NCBI RefSeq assembly: GCF_000143415.4
Contig: NW_003314273.1
Location: 1,766,052 to 1,830,051, forward strand
Direction: 5' to 3'
Origin: Selaginella moellendorffii
Taxonomy: Eukaryota; Plantae; Lycopodiophyta
Length of the DNA stretch: 64,000 nucleotides
Shown: one piece after another, positions 60,809 through 64,000 of the stretch
How positions within the stretch are numbered: position 1 is the first letter of the stretch
Layout: each line of letters begins with the position of its first letter
The notes under the pieces: generated by a model
Seen by the model: the letters and a program-made list of their open reading frames with translations, nothing else
Told to the model about the DNA's origin: nothing
The model's database searches: none
Translations under genes and position numbers: made by a program

Positions 60809-62674
60809 TTACTGTTGTTGTCGCCCAGCGAGCTTCGGGAAGGGGTCCTGCTTGCTCAGCACCACCACTCGGCTCTTGTGCGAAAAGTAGCCTTTCATCA
60901 GTGCCTTGTGGATCAGAATTGCCATGGAGCATTCCACCTGGAGAGACTCAAGACCTTAGATTCAAGCACTGTCAATCAGTGGAGCTCACCTCGTCCATGT
61001 CCATGTCCACCTCGAGCCACTTCATAGCTTTTAGGATCACCTCCATCCTAACCTGGTGGGCGCGGCCAGGATCACGCTGCTTTTGGATATTGTATCTGTA
61101 ACAGTAGCACCAAGATGCGTGAGACACGAGAGCTGTGGCTGCCGTGGCTGCGGTGGCGGCTTACACACATTTTTCTTAAAAGTCGTCTGTAGACATGGGA
61201 TTCGAGCTTCTCCAGGACGAGATAGACGCCCGATCTGAAAAAACTGAGAGGGGAAAGCGTAAGTTTTGTGTCGAAGCAGTACAGTGCCGTCTTACTTGTT
61301 CTCGTTAGCTTTCAAGGCACGTCGAAGTAATCTGACGTCTCCTCGCTTCAGAGCTCGGACAACGTCAATATACTGCAAAAAGGAAGAGTCAGGAAGAACA
61401 GTCGTTGCTACCTCCTTGCTACCTCGGACAGGTTGTATTTTGTAAGTAAGCTCTCTTTTGGTAGCACCCCGAGTGCTAATCTCACCGGTACCAGGTACTT
61501 CAAAATCATCCTGCAAGCAAGGTTACTACAACGCCAAGTACGTTAACAGCAGCACATACCTTATGTTCGCCTTCTTGAAAGGATCGCAGCGTTCCAAGGC
61601 ATATGTGAGCTTTCGGTCGGCCTGAAATATCATAACAAAGTAAGCGCGAGAAGAAAAGCTTTTCTGCACGATCACTTACTGCCGAGACGTTGTCGTTGAA
61701 AACCTCTAGACGGCCTGTATAATACATATAAGTCACCTTCATGGGAATAGAGTTAAGCACTTCTCATGGCTGTAAACAGGCATTACGAGCATACCCGATC
61801 CTTGGCAGGAAAGTCTTCGAAGTCGAAAAACCGAGATGTGTCAATACTCCTGATCACACTTCGGCACATATGGACTGTTCCCAGCTGAACAACGAAAAGG
61901 CTAGAATCGATCTGTACCAGCAACAAGATCTTCCAAACCTTGAAGTAGATTTTGAATAGTTGGCACGTAACGTAGAGAGCACCGACGCGCTTGGGACCTT
62001 TTCCTTGAATGGCACCGAAAACCTTCATAAGAAACGAGCCAGCACCCTTGAGCTTATCCGGTGCCTTCCCATTCATCGCCATTTCCCTGTCAGCCTGTGA
62101 AGAAAGAAACTCGAGTTTTCAGAGGAGCGTGAAAGAACAAAAAAACAGTGAGAAAGATACCATCTCCCCGACAGTGCGAAGAGCGTAGACGATGACATGA
62201 AGCGCTTCCATCGCCCACGTTGATTCCCAGTTGCGATATTCTTGTAAGAAAGCACTATGGAGCAGTTGGTATCCAACAATCCATCAAAGATCAACATACT
62301 TTGCCGATTTCTCGAGGGAATTGTAGGCGTCCACATAGCGATTCTGATGGTAGCACTGCATTGCCCGCGTGTGATGGAGTAGCATTTCTCCCAGCGGTGC
62401 GTGCTTGTCTACCTGTTTCAAAATCCTCGCAGGATCCTGGCGGAAAAACCAGCTGAGAGAGATGCTCCTCGACTCAATGGCGACGCACCTTTGTGTGATC
62501 CAGGCAGGAAGACACCGTCTCCGCGTAGGAATTCGTGGCATTGATCGCCAGCGCCGCAGCAAATGCCGATCCATCCTGGCTAGCTAAAGAATCCGTGATG
62601 AGGCTCACATAATCCGCGAGCCTGCGATCGACGAAGCCGCCGCTTCCCTCCATCGCCCCGCCCCGCCACTCCAT
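60809..62674 (-). CDS. EER5: PCI-domain TREX-2 subunit EER5/THP1 (PCID2)
   Basis: KLKGAGSFLMKVFG, KRVGALYVTCQLFKIYFK-LGTVHMCRSVIRSI, VTYMYYTGRL, KGYFSHKSRVVVLSKQDPFP. Confidence 0.92.
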
Positions 62675-62789
62675 AGCTAGGGCTCTCACTAAATGAAATA
62701 AATATTTACAAAAGAGGAGGCAAGGGTTCGATTCCTCATAGACGATAGCAAAACAAGTTAGCCAATCTATCTTAATAGAATTCCTTCCA

Positions 62790-64000
62790 TCACTTCTTCC
62801 CAGGCCTTCCACCCTTCTTTGCACCGACATCACCAGTCTGCTTACAAACAAAAAAGAAGAAAAAATATTTTTTTCTCGTCATTTCATGGAAAAGAAATTT
62901 AGAACCTACCTTCGTGCAAACGTAAATGTAGTGTAAATTCGAGTCTAGAGCTGAGTGTGGCCCGATTGAGCCATCCTCGTTGATGGGAACTGGTTCTAAA
63001 AACTCCGGGGACGACACATCGTCAAATTTCTGTGACCCGGGTCTGGCTGCAAGCAAGAGATTTTTGTGACTCTGTCAAGGAGTTATATACTCAAAGAGAA
63101 GTTTTGGAAGTAGATTTCTTACGAAGAATGTGAAGTGTTATGTTCCAGTTCAATGCTGGAACCTGCAAGTGTGGCAATCGAACTCGAGGATCACCATATG
63201 TAACCTGGACAGCACAAGACACTAAAGTGTGAATCTCTTGTAGACATTGAAAGAGGAAAAGCTTACCAAGATGTATGAAGATCCTCCTCTCAAAACTCTG
63301 GTTGCATGCATGAAACAAAATCAGCCTTGCACGAAAAGATGGAAGCTGACAGCCTCACCTTGAAACTTCTTCAAGCATTTTCGCAGCACTTATGGCTGCG
63401 CTAGTCCCACACTGGAATAGAGCAATACACTTCAAACTCTCTCAAGAGAAATCACTAAGTTTCATGCTACTCACCAGGAGTGAATCCAGCATGCCTGCAC
63501 AAAGCCAACAAACAAAAGGGGCATTTTTATGCTAGCAACTATAAGGTTTGGGATGAACTCTAGTACCTTTGTCTAGAACAGCATCGAAAGATCCATCCTC
63601 GAATGTTGATAAATCCCGCACATCCATTGTCATATCTGTGTAGACCTTGCAAATAAGACATCCACCCAAAACTTTAAACGCCAAGCCAGCCAAAGCAATT
63701 TCCCGACGAACGTACATTTAAGCTGGGGGACGTGCTGATACTTTTGCTGCATTGCCTCGATCACGACCGTGGAGATGTCAATATTGACAATCTCTTGATA
63801 GCCATCGTTCACCATATCCTCGGAAATAGCTGCTCAATTGATTTTCACAGTAAACATCCCTGTAGAGCCGAAAATAGAGAAGGAAATCGCTCACCGGCAT
63901 TCCCACAGCCGACCATGAGGATCCGTGAAGTTTTTGGGACATATTTCTGGAGCAGCGCCGACAGACCTGCGTAGCGCTGGTACCAATCGAATGTGGAGGA
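62790..64000 (-). CDS. SAM-dependent methyltransferase (EEF1AKMT4/ECE2-like), 5' end beyond window
   Basis: FDWYQRY, ILMVGCGN, NIDIS, MDVRD, FDAVLDKG, TYGDPRVR, YIYVC. Confidence 0.9.

Overview
This is eukaryotic land-plant nuclear DNA with very high gene density and very short introns (about 45-65 nt). It also carries intronless PLS-class PPR genes and cilium-type genes. Together these point to a lycophyte, most likely Selaginella (inferred, not database-checked). Positions 1-5.4 kb hold a decayed Ty3/gypsy LTR retrotransposon plus nested LTR/TRIM-like pieces. Positions 6.3-64 kb hold about 33 protein-coding genes: eIF2B-gamma, XCT/XAP5, three PLS-E PPRs, a zf-MYND UBP, a KMO-like flavin monooxygenase, SUMO, peroxisomal MDH, two class III peroxidases, ALG12, NNF1-like, KCS, FBT1, an orphan microprotein, mitochondrial rpL13, a vasohibin, a divergent pair of trypsin-like proteins, a CCCH protein, pyridoxal kinase, a PTS1-tagged LEA-like protein, a 2OG dioxygenase, an NmrA-like protein, OEP40-like, PLA1 (plus a partial duplicate), a RING E3, BPS1-like, a SHIPPO/STPG-repeat protein, a PsbP-domain protein, a DUF604 glycosyltransferase, an inositol 5-phosphatase, EER5/THP1 and a methyltransferase. 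Three N gaps are present. The most notable observations are: (1) stop-to-start or ATG-to-ATG spacings of only 20-90 bp, most containing a telo-box-like CTAGGG motif; (2) a vasohibin tubulin detyrosinase with an intact catalytic triad, and a SHIPPO-repeat axonemal protein; (3) a head-to-head trypsin-like pair in which only one copy keeps His/Asp/Ser; (4) a KMO-like enzyme; and (5) a tandem duplication containing an inverted, CpG-depleted gene fragment. Exon boundaries were read by eye, so some termini are approximate.
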